From Candidatus Moraniibacteriota bacterium (GTDB taxonomy: Bacteria > Patescibacteriota > Minisyncoccia > Moranbacterales > UBA1568), in assembly GCA_013334575.1 (NCBI GenBank), contig JAAXXG010000005.1, forward strand, positions 3,080-67,079: a stretch of DNA of 64,000 nucleotides. The letters run 5' to 3'. Below are positions 40,127 through 49,609 of the stretch, in pieces (position 1 is the stretch's first letter; every line of letters starts with the position of its first letter). The position numbers were made by a program, and so were the translations under genes. A model generated the notes under the pieces. That model was not told the DNA's origin and ran no database searches. It saw only the letters and a program-made list of their open reading frames with translations.

Positions 40127-40210
40127 TGCCCAGGAGAGGACTCGAACCTCCAATCCCTTGCGGGAACTAGCACCTCAAGCTAGCGCGTATACCAATTCCG
40201 CCACCTGGGC
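40127..40210 (-). tRNA. tRNA-Leu (GAG)
   Basis: Long variable arm, anticodon loop ttGAGgt. Confidence 0.75.
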
Positions 40211-40226
40211 AGGTGGGGGAAGGAAA

Positions 40227-40700
40227 CTATTCCTCCTTCCCGGCTTCCGACACGACCTCGGCTTCCGCACCTTCCTGGCTCGCCACATCCTCGGCGACCT
40301 CCGGTTCCATCTCTTCCTGGGACTTCACGCCTCCCTTGCCGACCTTGAGCGCTACCTCCTTCAGTTTGCGGCGGAGGAGCTTCGCGGACTTCTCGCGGAC
40401 ATAGTAGAGCTTCGCGCGGCGCGAACGGGTGCTCTTCACGACCTCGATCTTCTCGATATTGGGGGAATAGAGCGGGAAAACGATCTCGACCCCGGTCCCG
40501 AACGAAACCTTCCGGACCGTCACGGTCGGCGACGAGCTCTGCCCACCGCGCATCGCGATGACCATACCCTGGAAGACCTGGGTACGCTCCTTTCCGCCCT
40601 CGACGATACGGCGATAGACCTTCACGACGTCCCCGGAATGAAGCTCCGGAACGTCCTTGGTGCGGCGAGCCGCGTTGAATGCGATGAGATCCTTGTGCAT
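40227..40700 (-). CDS. rplS: 50S ribosomal protein L19 with acidic C-terminal extension
   Basis: ...GDVVKVYRRIVEGGKERTQVFQGMVIAMRGGQSSSPTVTVRKVSFGTGVEIVFPLYSPNIEKIEVV... Confidence 0.9.
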   Translation of the reverse strand: MHKDLIAFNAARRTKDVPELHSGDVVKVYRRIVEGGKERTQVFQGMVIAMRGGQSSSPTVTVRKVSFGTGVEIVFPLYSPNIEKIEVVKSTRSRRAKLYYVREKSAKLLRRKLKEVALKVGKGGVKSQEEMEPEVAEDVASQEGAEAEVVSEAGKEE

Positions 40701-40764
40701 ACGGTTATGTCCTCATTCCAAGCGGTTTCCGTCTCGGAAATACGGTATGATAGAAAAAAGCGAA

Positions 40765-41766
40765 TCAGGCCCCGCCATGCCGATTCGAAGCCTCATCAGG
40801 ATAGCCCGCTTCTTCCGCGCCGTCAAGAGCTCCGAGAAATTCCCGGAAGTCCGGGGGAAGCGGCGCCTCGAAGACGAGATCGCGCCCTTCGAAAGGGAAC
40901 GAGAGCCGAAACGCGTGCAGCAACTGCCTATCTGGCATGCCTTCGCGACGCATCTGACGACCGCCGTAGAGCCGGTCTCCCATGACCGGGTTCCCGATCG
41001 CGGCGAGATGGATCCGGATCTGATGAGTCCTTCCGGTCTTCGGGAAGATTTCCAACAGGTCGGCATCGCAATACCTGCCGATAACGCGGTACTCCGTCAC
41101 CGCATCGCGGACCTTGCCGGAAATCTCGGACGGATCCTTCACGACCTGTCGCCTCAGCGTTCCGGTCCGCGCAGCCAACGGCAGATCGATGACGCCCGAC
41201 TCCTCGCGCACGCGTCCGCTTACGAGAGCCAGATATGTCTTCCGGATTACACGGGAACCGAACAAGTCTCGCAGACGTTCGTACGCGGAAACCGTCTTCG
41301 CCAATACCACGACACCGCTCGTATTCCGGTCGAGCCGATGAACGATTCCGGGCCGCAGCGGATGAGAGCCGACCTCGCGCATGGACGGGTATTCCGCGGC
41401 AATGCGGTTCGCGACGGTTCCGGTCGTGTCGGTGCCTCCGGGATGCATCTGCACTCCGGCCGGTTTGTCGATGACAAGCAGGTCCCTATCCTCATACAGG
41501 ATATCGAACGGAACGTCCGGATTCGGCGTAAGCGTCTCCTCGACCCGCTCCGGAAGCCTCGATTCGACCCGGTCACCCATCCGGACGCGCTTCCGCGGCT
41601 CGGCTACCGGTTTACCGTTTACCGATACCAGACCCGACTCGATACCCTCACGAACCTCCCTGCGCGAGCGACCGCACGAACGCGACCCATCCGAGAGAAA
41701 GGCGTCGAGGCGCTTTCCGGAATCACGCTCCGGCACGACGAACGTTTCGCAAATCATCGGGTCCAT
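40765..41766 (-). CDS. RluA-family 23S rRNA pseudouridine synthase (RluD-like)
   Basis: N-terminal S4 domain and HRLDRNTSGVVVLAKT catalytic motif. Confidence 0.85.
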   Translation of the reverse strand: MDPMICETFVVPERDSGKRLDAFLSDGSRSCGRSRREVREGIESGLVSVNGKPVAEPRKRVRMGDRVESRLPERVEETLTPNPDVPFDILYEDRDLLVIDKPAGVQMHPGGTDTTGTVANRIAAEYPSMREVGSHPLRPGIVHRLDRNTSGVVVLAKTVSAYERLRDLFGSRVIRKTYLALVSGRVREESGVIDLPLAARTGTLRRQVVKDPSEISGKVRDAVTEYRVIGRYCDADLLEIFPKTGRTHQIRIHLAAIGNPVMGDRLYGGRQMRREGMPDRQLLHAFRLSFPFEGRDLVFEAPLPPDFREFLGALDGAEEAGYPDEASNRHGGA

Positions 41767-41986
41767 ACGGTCACGACATACATCGAAATCGGATTCTACG
41801 ACGGGTTCCGGCTTATGGCAAGGAAAATTTAACCCTGGTAAGTTTGAGCATCATGAGGACGCACCTGAAGGAAGTGACATCGGAATGTCCCCGACGAACA
41901 TCGACTCTCCGCACATACGCCTGCCTCTTTGACACCCATTGTACTGCCGAACTATCATGAAGCCGTAATCGGTATCACGCAATACT

Positions 41987-42616
41987 ATGTCTTGCGAACA
42001 GTGCGCCTGCGGTTCCGAATGCTGCGAATCCGAATGGGACGAAACCTTCGTCGGTCCCGTCATCGGAGAGGAAATCCCCGATTTCGAAGGGGAGATCTTC
42101 CATCAGGAAGCGTTCCGGAAGGTGAGGCTCTCGGACTATCGGGGGACGTGGCTCATTCTCTTCTTCTATCCGGCGGATTTCACGTTCGTCTGCCCGACGG
42201 AACTCGAGGACCTCGCCGAAAACTATGCGAAGTTCCGGGAGCTCGGCGCGGAGATCCTCTCCGTCAGCACCGATACGGTCTTCGTCCATAAGGCGTGGCA
42301 CGATCATTCCGAAGCCATCAGGAAGGTGGACTATCCCATGTTCGCCGATCCGACCGGCATGCTTACCAGGATGCTCGGCGTATATATCCCCGACGAGGGA
42401 GTCGCCCTGCGCGGAACCTTTATCGTGGATCCGGACGGCATCCTTCAGTCGTTCGAGGTGAATGCCAATACTATCGGGCGAAGTTCCGACGAGCTCCTGC
42501 GAAAGCTGCAAGCGGCGCAGTTCGTCCGGGAACACGGCGGGGAAGTCTGCCCGGCCAAGTGGAAACCGGGTGCCAAGACGCTCAAGCCGGGAATCGACCT
42601 CGTCGGGAAGATCTGA
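41987..42616 (+). CDS. peroxiredoxin (AhpC/Tsa, 2-Cys) with Cys-rich N-terminal extension
   Basis: FTFVCPTELEDL peroxidatic Cys motif. N-terminus MSCEQCACGSECCESEWDE. Confidence 0.85.
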   Translation: MSCEQCACGSECCESEWDETFVGPVIGEEIPDFEGEIFHQEAFRKVRLSDYRGTWLILFFYPADFTFVCPTELEDLAENYAKFRELGAEILSVSTDTVFVHKAWHDHSEAIRKVDYPMFADPTGMLTRMLGVYIPDEGVALRGTFIVDPDGILQSFEVNANTIGRSSDELLRKLQAAQFVREHGGEVCPAKWKPGAKTLKPGIDLVGKI

Positions 42617-42635
42617 TCTAAATACGAAAACCGAT

Positions 42636-43211
42636 ATGTACGAGCCACAAGACTTCTCACGGCTTCTCGGGGCGTCTGGATTCTCGGACACTCTTCTTTC
42701 GGACCACTTCAAACTCTACGAGGGGTACGTGAAGAACGTGAATACGGTCGTAGAGCGATTAAAGACGATCGAGCCCGGCTCGATCGAGGGTTCGGAGCTC
42801 CGACGTCGCTTCGGCTGGGAATGGAACGGCATGAGACTTCATGAGCTCTACTTCGGAAACCTCACGTCCGCACCCGAACCGCTCGATCCGGAATCCGGAC
42901 TTGCGAAAGCGATCGTAGGACGGTTCGGGAGTCTCGACGGGTTTTTGCAGGATTTCCGGAGAGCCGGCACCATGCGCGGCATCGGCTGGGTCGTTCTCGC
43001 ATACGACCTGCCGTCGGGAGAACTCTTCAACCTCTGGATCAACGAGCACGACGGAGGACACCTCTCCGGCACGACACCGCTTCTCGTCATGGACGTCTTC
43101 GAACACGCATACCTGAGGGATTACGGCCTGGCGCGGGCCGATTACGTCGACGCGTTCATGAACGCCGTTGATTGGCATACCGTGCTATCGAGGTATTCCC
43201 ACGCATCGTGA
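42636..43211 (+). CDS. sod: Fe/Mn superoxide dismutase
   Basis: DVFEHAYLRDYG... C-terminal motif. The N-terminal HH motif is partly degenerate (DHFKLYEGYV). Confidence 0.8.
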   Translation: MYEPQDFSRLLGASGFSDTLLSDHFKLYEGYVKNVNTVVERLKTIEPGSIEGSELRRRFGWEWNGMRLHELYFGNLTSAPEPLDPESGLAKAIVGRFGSLDGFLQDFRRAGTMRGIGWVVLAYDLPSGELFNLWINEHDGGHLSGTTPLLVMDVFEHAYLRDYGLARADYVDAFMNAVDWHTVLSRYSHAS

Positions 43212-43220
43212 CCCGCACCG

Positions 43221-43246
43221 AAACCCCGGCCCAGCCGGGGTTTTTT
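43221..43246 (+). terminator. intrinsic terminator after sod
   Basis: AAACCCCGGCCCAGCCGGGGTTTTTT. Confidence 0.7.
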
Positions 43247-43292
43247 GAGGATGCGGAAGATGGTATACTGAAAACGAACATAAAACCGTCGT

Positions 43293-44261
43293 ATGACAAT
43301 CTTCCATAAAACCGTTTCCCGACTCCTCATCGCGTTCCTTGTCGTTTTTATGCTCGCCTCGGTCCGTCCGGCGTTCGCTGCCGACGGATTCACGTACGAG
43401 CCGCTTGAACCGATTCCAGGAGCGGAAGACGCCGCGAAGCTTCCCGACTACATCACCGGTATCTACAAATTCGCCCTGTGGGCCGTCGGTATCGCTGCCA
43501 TGTTCATGATCACGATCGGCGGAGGCATGTATCTTACGAGCGCCGGAAACACTTCCGCGATGGGAAACGCGAAAGGCGTCATTACCGACGCGATCATCGG
43601 GCTCGTACTCGCGCTCTTCGCGTGGTTTCTGCTCAATCTCATCAATCCAAGCATCCTCAGCGGCGACCTTTCCGTCTTCAGCACGGTCGGAGTCGCTTCA
43701 TCCGGCAGTCAGGCAGCAGGCGGAACGACGTCAGGAGCAACGGGCACTTCAGGTCAGGGCGCCGTCAGTACCGTCAATCAAGCCTCGACTCTTTCCGCAG
43801 CCGCGGCCGCAAAGGCGCTTCTTGCGAGCTCCAACGTGACCATCAGTTCTTCCGGCGACTGTAAATCCGCTTCCGGCGCCGTATCACCTTCTTCGAATCT
43901 CACGGAGATGTCCTCCGGAAAGGCGATGACCACCTGTCATGACGGTTGTAAATCCGGCAGCCTCTGCACCGGATCGAGCTATGCGAACGCCACGCTTCTC
44001 AATGCTCTTTTCACCGCTTCAAACTCCGCATCCCTTACGATAAACAGCCTTGCGGGAGGCGATCATTCTGCGGGCTCCGCCCATTATTCCGGGAACGCCG
44101 CCGACATCGATCTTCCGAATGCCGCCCTTACCTCCTATCTCCAGAAGAGCAGCTCGACGACCTGCACCTATAAGGGTGGCGCACAGTATCGCGTGAACGG
44201 CGTCTACTGGTGGTACGAAGACTCGTCGCATATCCACGTACAGATGACCCCTCTCTGCTAA
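43293..44261 (+). CDS. TrbC/VirB2-like membrane protein fused to a C-terminal LAS/M15-type zinc peptidase-like domain
   Basis: Signal peptide plus two TM helices and a Gly/Ser/Thr-rich linker. C-terminus SAHYSGNAAD (H-x6-D) and HIH (HxH) match LAS metallopeptidase zinc ligands. Confidence 0.5.
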   Translation: MTIFHKTVSRLLIAFLVVFMLASVRPAFAADGFTYEPLEPIPGAEDAAKLPDYITGIYKFALWAVGIAAMFMITIGGGMYLTSAGNTSAMGNAKGVITDAIIGLVLALFAWFLLNLINPSILSGDLSVFSTVGVASSGSQAAGGTTSGATGTSGQGAVSTVNQASTLSAAAAAKALLASSNVTISSSGDCKSASGAVSPSSNLTEMSSGKAMTTCHDGCKSGSLCTGSSYANATLLNALFTASNSASLTINSLAGGDHSAGSAHYSGNAADIDLPNAALTSYLQKSSSTTCTYKGGAQYRVNGVYWWYEDSSHIHVQMTPLC

Positions 44262-44283
44262 CCGATTCCCAGGCTTCCATCCC

Positions 44284-45435
44284 ATGAAAAAGGTCTTTAC
44301 CGTTTCCATCGCGCTGTTTGCAGTCACGCTTTTGTTCGTAGGGGCGTATTACCTTATCTTCCGGAAGACGGGGAATACCGCAATCGTAGACGCGACGAAA
44401 CACGAAGAGTCGAGACAGGAAACGGAACAGGCATTCCTCGAGGGAGCGACCGAATCAGACATCGTTGCCGTGACGGATTTTGCCGTCATAGGTGCCACCG
44501 ACCTGGACGAATCGCATCTCGCCTATTTCCACGGCCGGAATCTGAAGCGATCGACTCTTGGAGGCGGCGCCGAGGAGATCCTCATTGATAATCTTCCCGG
44601 AACGGCAGCCGACGCTTCGTGGTCACCGGACCGAAGCAAGGTTCTCGTCCTCCTTGGTACGGAATCCGGCGATCGCTGGCATCTCGTCACGCTTTCCGAT
44701 CGGAAGGTGACACCGCTCCGAAACGGGATATCCTCTCCGAAATGGTCGAATCTCTCCGAGAGGATCTACTATTCCTACACTGATCCGGGAACCGGAAAAG
44801 CGGAACTCGACTCGGCAAAGCCCGACGGGACCGACTGGAAAAAGATCTCGAGTCTCACGTCTCCGACGAGCTTCCTTCAGACGATACCCTCTTCGGCAAC
44901 CCTTTCGTTCTGGAGCCGACCGTCCGCCTTCGAGGAGACGTCTATGTCCATCGTCCCCGCGACCGGAGGCGAGCCTAGGCGGATATTCTCTGGAAAGTTC
45001 GGTGCGGACTACCTTTGGTCTCCGGACGGCTCGAAGGTTCTTATCAGCAATACCGTGACGAAGGGGGGGGCCGATGTCCGGCTCGGGATAGCGAACCGTG
45101 ACGGTGGCGAGTTTCGCACACTCCTTGTGCCGACCATCGTTTCAAAAGCCGTTTGGTCCAAGGATGGAAAGACTGTTTATTATGCACTTCCTCTTTCCAT
45201 TCCGGAAAATTCCGTCCTTCCGAACGACTATTACAACCGACCCATCCATACGCAGGACTCCTTCTGGAAAATCGATACGTCTACAGGTAAAAGCGAACGC
45301 ATCATAGATCCCGAGGCGATCGGAGGAACATACGACAGCATCGATCCGTTCATGGATCAGAGCCAGAGCTATCTTTTTTTCACGGACCGGACGAGCGGCA
45401 AACTCTTCCGCATAAGACTGAACGCATCCTCCTGA
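44284..45435 (+). CDS. TolB-like periplasmic WD40/PD40 beta-propeller protein
   Basis: N-terminal TM then repeated WSPD(G/R)SKV motifs. Confidence 0.6.
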   Translation: MKKVFTVSIALFAVTLLFVGAYYLIFRKTGNTAIVDATKHEESRQETEQAFLEGATESDIVAVTDFAVIGATDLDESHLAYFHGRNLKRSTLGGGAEEILIDNLPGTAADASWSPDRSKVLVLLGTESGDRWHLVTLSDRKVTPLRNGISSPKWSNLSERIYYSYTDPGTGKAELDSAKPDGTDWKKISSLTSPTSFLQTIPSSATLSFWSRPSAFEETSMSIVPATGGEPRRIFSGKFGADYLWSPDGSKVLISNTVTKGGADVRLGIANRDGGEFRTLLVPTIVSKAVWSKDGKTVYYALPLSIPENSVLPNDYYNRPIHTQDSFWKIDTSTGKSERIIDPEAIGGTYDSIDPFMDQSQSYLFFTDRTSGKLFRIRLNASS

Positions 45436-46646
45436 CCCGTATCCCGAGGATTCCACATGCTTCCCGCGGCGGCTATCATGCCCAGTAGAGCGAAATATCC
45501 CATTGAAAGATCGTTTCGTAACAGCGGAGTATCAACCGATCCGTGGACGACAAAAGCGACAAGAACAGCAAGATACAACGCCCCCTCGCGCATGAGCATG
45601 GGGGCGTTTTCGCGGCAAAGGATGCGGAACGATACCCGGAACGCTCCTACCGTGAGTACGGCGAAGCCGGAAAGCCCGAGTAATCCGGTTCCAAGCCAAA
45701 CCGAAAGGACGACGTTGTTCGGATGAGGAACGGCCCACTCGAGATATCTGGGAAATAACGGCTGCAGTGCGAGGTATTCGGCCTCGAAATTCCGAAGGCC
45801 GATACCGGTGATCGGATGTTCGACGATCATTCTCCCTGCCGCGTTCCAGATCATCACCCGCGAAGCGACCGAGTTCCTGACCTCGCCGCTTCCCAGTCTC
45901 GTGACCGTCCCATTCATAAACAGGAACGTCGCGCCAAAAACCAAAACGGCGATGATGGCGGATGCGATGACAAGTCGTCGGGGTTTCGAAGCCGACAGGA
46001 GCCAAAGGAATCCGAATCCGGCCAGTATCGCGACATACGCACCTTCGGAGCCGGTCCGAAGGACGGCAACGGAAATAAGAATCGTTCCGGCCGCGGCAAG
46101 CAATCCATTACGCCTCAGGGAAGCGGTCGCGGCGAGGTATGTTCCGAAAAATATTCCGGCCTCAAGAAACATAGCCAGATGGTTCGGCGACGGATAGAAC
46201 GATGATAGCCTTCCATCATAAGTCATCGACGAAAATCGCCCCCCGAAAAAGGATACGGCACTGACCACGACTATCCCGAAAAACCACCACGTGATCATTC
46301 GATGCCGGACAACCCTGTCGACTGCTGTCGAGCTAAGAAGAAAGCCGAGACCCAGTGGGAAGACGATCCAGCTCTTCACCGCGCCAAGCGCCTCGCGATC
46401 CGCTCCGCCGACATATGCGGTAAGGATCGCCCCGACCATCAGAAGCAGTATCCCGGAGACAAGCCAAAACGGGGTATGAAATCGTCGTGTGGAGCCGTTA
46501 CGAAATCCGAACAGAAACACGATACCAGACAAGAAAACGAGCGCTTCCGGAACGTATATCGGGATATCGGCGATCGTAAACCGGACCTGAGCGAGCGGTA
46601 AGGAAAGGAAGACGAGCCGGAGAAGGATTTCGAGTAAGAGACTCAT
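45369..46646 (-). CDS. O-antigen ligase/polymerase family (Wzy_C) membrane protein
   Basis: Multi-TM, with HPITGIGLRNFEAEY loop and NHLAMFLE motifs. Confidence 0.7.
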   Translation of the reverse strand: MSLLLEILLRLVFLSLPLAQVRFTIADIPIYVPEALVFLSGIVFLFGFRNGSTRRFHTPFWLVSGILLLMVGAILTAYVGGADREALGAVKSWIVFPLGLGFLLSSTAVDRVVRHRMITWWFFGIVVVSAVSFFGGRFSSMTYDGRLSSFYPSPNHLAMFLEAGIFFGTYLAATASLRRNGLLAAAGTILISVAVLRTGSEGAYVAILAGFGFLWLLSASKPRRLVIASAIIAVLVFGATFLFMNGTVTRLGSGEVRNSVASRVMIWNAAGRMIVEHPITGIGLRNFEAEYLALQPLFPRYLEWAVPHPNNVVLSVWLGTGLLGLSGFAVLTVGAFRVSFRILCRENAPMLMREGALYLAVLVAFVVHGSVDTPLLRNDLSMGYFALLGMIAAAGSMWNPRDTGQEDAFSLMRKSLPLVRSVKKR

Positions 46647-47986
46647 ATGATACCGGGGTGTTTTTCTCGCTGACCGACTTCCTGCCGATCCGCCATCGAA
46701 AGTAACAGGAGTAGAACCGGAAGGATGTGCACCGAATACAGCGGCATTTCGAAAAGAGCGTGACCCGAAAAGACGGCCAGAGATACCGAGATCGCGAACA
46801 TTGGACCGCTCGCGGATCTCTTCGTCTCCCGTATCGCGGAGAAAATCGCAAGAAGGAAGACGGATGCTCCGAGAATTCCGGACTCCGTCGCGATATCAAG
46901 CGGAAGATCATGGACATAGATCGGCTCACGGTATTCCGCCGTCGGTTTGACGACGAGAGGATAATTTCCAGGCCCGTACCCGAACGGATTCCGTCGGATA
47001 TGACCGAGAGATTCCGCATAGAGACTCATCCTCGCATTGTTCGAACCGTCCGAAGAAGAGAAAGCGGATACGAAACGATCACGGACCTGCGGCAGAAGGA
47101 AAAGAACGGACACGAAGACCGTCGCGAAGGAAAAAAGGATGAGTACCGTCTTCGGTCGGAATCGGACCGATCCGATCCTTGTCGAAAGGAAAACACCCGA
47201 TCCGACGACAAGCCCGATATACCCCCCTCGCGAGAAGGTCAGCAGGTCCGCAATCAGTAACATTCCCGAAAAAACCGCATACATCACCTTCCGGGCGAGG
47301 CGTCGCTCCGAGAACGCATACGAACAGGAAAGCGGGAGCGCCATGCCGAAATAGAACGCGGCGATATGAGGATCCGGAAAGAACGCACTCGCACGAAGTA
47401 CGGTCGAACCTCCGATATTGGCTAAAAGACTGGGATACCTGGCAACCGCATCGGAAAACGACGGCCCAAGGAAGACGGGAAGTACGGCTCCGGTCCAGAA
47501 GTCGAACAAACGGCTCACCCCGAAGATATACTGAGAACACCACTCCGCTATCGCGACGAATGCCGCGACGGCGGCACCGACAACGAATGGACGTACGAGA
47601 CGATCGCCGGAGACCCCCTCCTGACGCAATCCCGAAAAGAGAGGAAAGAGAGGGAAAAACGACAGTAAAAACAGGACCCGTCGAACCGCCCACACCGTAT
47701 TTTCCGCCCAGAGAACCGAAAGAAAAGTAATCGAAAGGTATATCGCCAAAAATATCGCGATCCGCGACCATGGGATATGAAGACGTCGCCGAATAAGGCT
47801 TACCGAAAGGAAAAGCAGAAAGAGTATCGGAGCAAACGCTCTCGAAAAAGGAAGATCGACACCAGGGTACGGAGAAAGCGCGACCTGGAAAGGCAGGAGA
47901 ACGAGAAAGGACTGTGTCAGAAAGAGAAGAACGTTCATACCATCATAATTCGCGATCGCAACCGTCGCAGCAAGGCTGCCTCCCAT
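46643..47986 (-). CDS. O-antigen ligase/polymerase family membrane protein (paralog)
   Basis: Multi-TM, with TFSRGGYIG...PFGYGPGNYPLVV...HDLPLDIATESG motifs. Confidence 0.65.
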   Translation of the reverse strand: MGGSLAATVAIANYDGMNVLLFLTQSFLVLLPFQVALSPYPGVDLPFSRAFAPILFLLFLSVSLIRRRLHIPWSRIAIFLAIYLSITFLSVLWAENTVWAVRRVLFLLSFFPLFPLFSGLRQEGVSGDRLVRPFVVGAAVAAFVAIAEWCSQYIFGVSRLFDFWTGAVLPVFLGPSFSDAVARYPSLLANIGGSTVLRASAFFPDPHIAAFYFGMALPLSCSYAFSERRLARKVMYAVFSGMLLIADLLTFSRGGYIGLVVGSGVFLSTRIGSVRFRPKTVLILFSFATVFVSVLFLLPQVRDRFVSAFSSSDGSNNARMSLYAESLGHIRRNPFGYGPGNYPLVVKPTAEYREPIYVHDLPLDIATESGILGASVFLLAIFSAIRETKRSASGPMFAISVSLAVFSGHALFEMPLYSVHILPVLLLLLSMADRQEVGQREKHPGII

Positions 47987-48744
47987 CCCGGCCTATGCTT
48001 GTTGAAATATCTGTCCTGAGCTCCGTAATAAGCGCTTTTCTGTTCCTCGTGAGACCGGAAGCTCGCTCCTCCGCGATGAAGAAAAGAGATTCCTGGATGA
48101 AATACGGTCCTATATCCGCGCTTCCGGGAACGGATACAGAAATCCATATCCTCGAAATACAGGAAGAATCCCTCATCAAAACCGCCGAGATCTCGGAAGA
48201 GTGCGCTCCGAACGAACAGAGCGCCACCGCTCACCCAACCGACGGACACGGCATAATCGTACTCCCAGTACTTCCGAAGGAAGGAAGGTTTCAGCTTTCC
48301 AATGAGAATTCTCAAGAGATTCGCCGGATATCCGACACTCCACGGCTCGGGATTTCCGAAACCATCTACCAGACGGGCGCCGAGAACGCCTACTTCCGGA
48401 TGCGACCGAAAGAAGCGCGCCGGTAAATCGAACGAACCGTGAAGATGTTCAGTATCTGGATTCAGGAACAATAGGAATTCGCCAGAGGCCTGACCCGCTG
48501 CACGGTTCGCGGCCGCGCCGAATCCGAGATTCTCCGTAGCTACGATAACCGAGACGGGGAAGATGCCGGATAAGGCCTCCAGTCGTTCCCTCTCTTCCGG
48601 ATCGTTTCCTACGATAATCACTTCGATCGAACCCTCGGAAGCCTGCAGGGTCGAACAAAGAGACCGGAGCGACCTCTCAAGAAGTCCGGCACTCCGGTAA
48701 CTTACGAATATGACCGACAATTCAGGCTGTCCGGGAGTCGGCAT
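47935..48744 (-). CDS. family 2 glycosyltransferase
   Basis: LSVIFVSYRSAGLLERSL...EVIIVGNDP...GFGAANRAAGQA...FLNPD (DxD) is GT2 architecture. Confidence 0.75.
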   Translation of the reverse strand: MPTPGQPELSVIFVSYRSAGLLERSLRSLCSTLQASEGSIEVIIVGNDPEERERLEALSGIFPVSVIVATENLGFGAAANRAAGQASGEFLLFLNPDTEHLHGSFDLPARFFRSHPEVGVLGARLVDGFGNPEPWSVGYPANLLRILIGKLKPSFLRKYWEYDYAVSVGWVSGGALFVRSALFRDLGGFDEGFFLYFEDMDFCIRSRKRGYRTVFHPGISFLHRGGASFRSHEEQKSAYYGAQDRYFNKHRPGWEAALLRRLRSRIMMV

Positions 48745-49585
48745 AAGCGGAGGAAACGGGAAGAGCCTCCTTCTTTCCCCGCGATACATCGATAGCGTTC
48801 TTCACCTTCCGAAGCCGAAGGTATGCCCATACCCACGGTCGGAAGTACCACGGCGTATGCCTCACAAAAAAACGCACACCGGAACGGACCAGCCAGTATG
48901 TCTTCTCCGGATTGGATACGCTCTGTTCTTCATGGACGACTTCGGCTTCCGGAACGACCAGTAACCGGTATCCTTTCCGTTTTGCGCGTACCGAATAATC
49001 GGCATCCTCATAATACAGGAAATAGCCCTCATCCAGCAGACCGACCCGTTCAATCGCAGACTTCGGCAATAACAGGGCACACCCCGAAAGATATCCGGTC
49101 CGATATGGCTCTTTTCCGTGCTTTTTTCTCTGCTCGACATGGACAGTCCGCATCCGGAGAAAATCGATCTTCCCGCCGGAAAACCATGTCTTTCCGTCTT
49201 TTTTTCGGATGATCGGACTCAGAAGAGAACGGCTTCCACCGGAAACAGCCACGGAGACCAGCCTTGAAAGCGTACTTCGATGACAGACGGCATCGTTATT
49301 GAGAAGGAAAAGGTATGCCGCACCGCGCGAAAGGGCGAACCGAATACCGACATTCATACCGGCCGCGAATCCGACATTATCCGGATTCAGGATGAAATGA
49401 GCTTTTGGGAAAAGCCTCTTTGCTTCCTCGATCGATCCGTCTTTCGAGGCATTATCAACGACAACGACCTCGAAATTATCGTATGAAAGCGAAAAAACCG
49501 AACGGAGAGCGGCTACTAACCGCGTCCGGCCGTCGAAATTGAGGATAATGACGAATACCTTCGGAGATGACCCCATGCCCTCCAT
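48722..49585 (-). CDS. family 2 glycosyltransferase
   Basis: VFVIILNFDG...VVVVDNASKDGS...GFAAGMNVGIRFA...LLNNDA. Confidence 0.8.
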   Translation of the reverse strand: MEGMGSSPKVFVIILNFDGRTRLVAALRSVFSLSYDNFEVVVVDNASKDGSIEEAKRLFPKAHFILNPDNVGFAAGMNVGIRFALSRGAAYLFLLNNDAVCHRSTLSRLVSVAVSGGSRSLLSPIIRKKDGKTWFSGGKIDFLRMRTVHVEQRKKHGKEPYRTGYLSGCALLLPKSAIERVGLLDEGYFLYYEDADYSVRAKRKGYRLLVVPEAEVVHEEQSVSNPEKTYWLVRSGVRFFVRHTPWYFRPWVWAYLRLRKVKNAIDVSRGKKEALPVSSAYADSRTA

Positions 49586-49609
49586 GATATCATCCGGAAC
49601 GGATGTTTT

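Noticed and set aside
40158-41832. Plus-strand ORFs of 275 and 391 aa across rplS and rluD
   Set aside because: They are antisense to the ribosomal protein L19 and RluD genes and extend into the tRNA-Leu gene.
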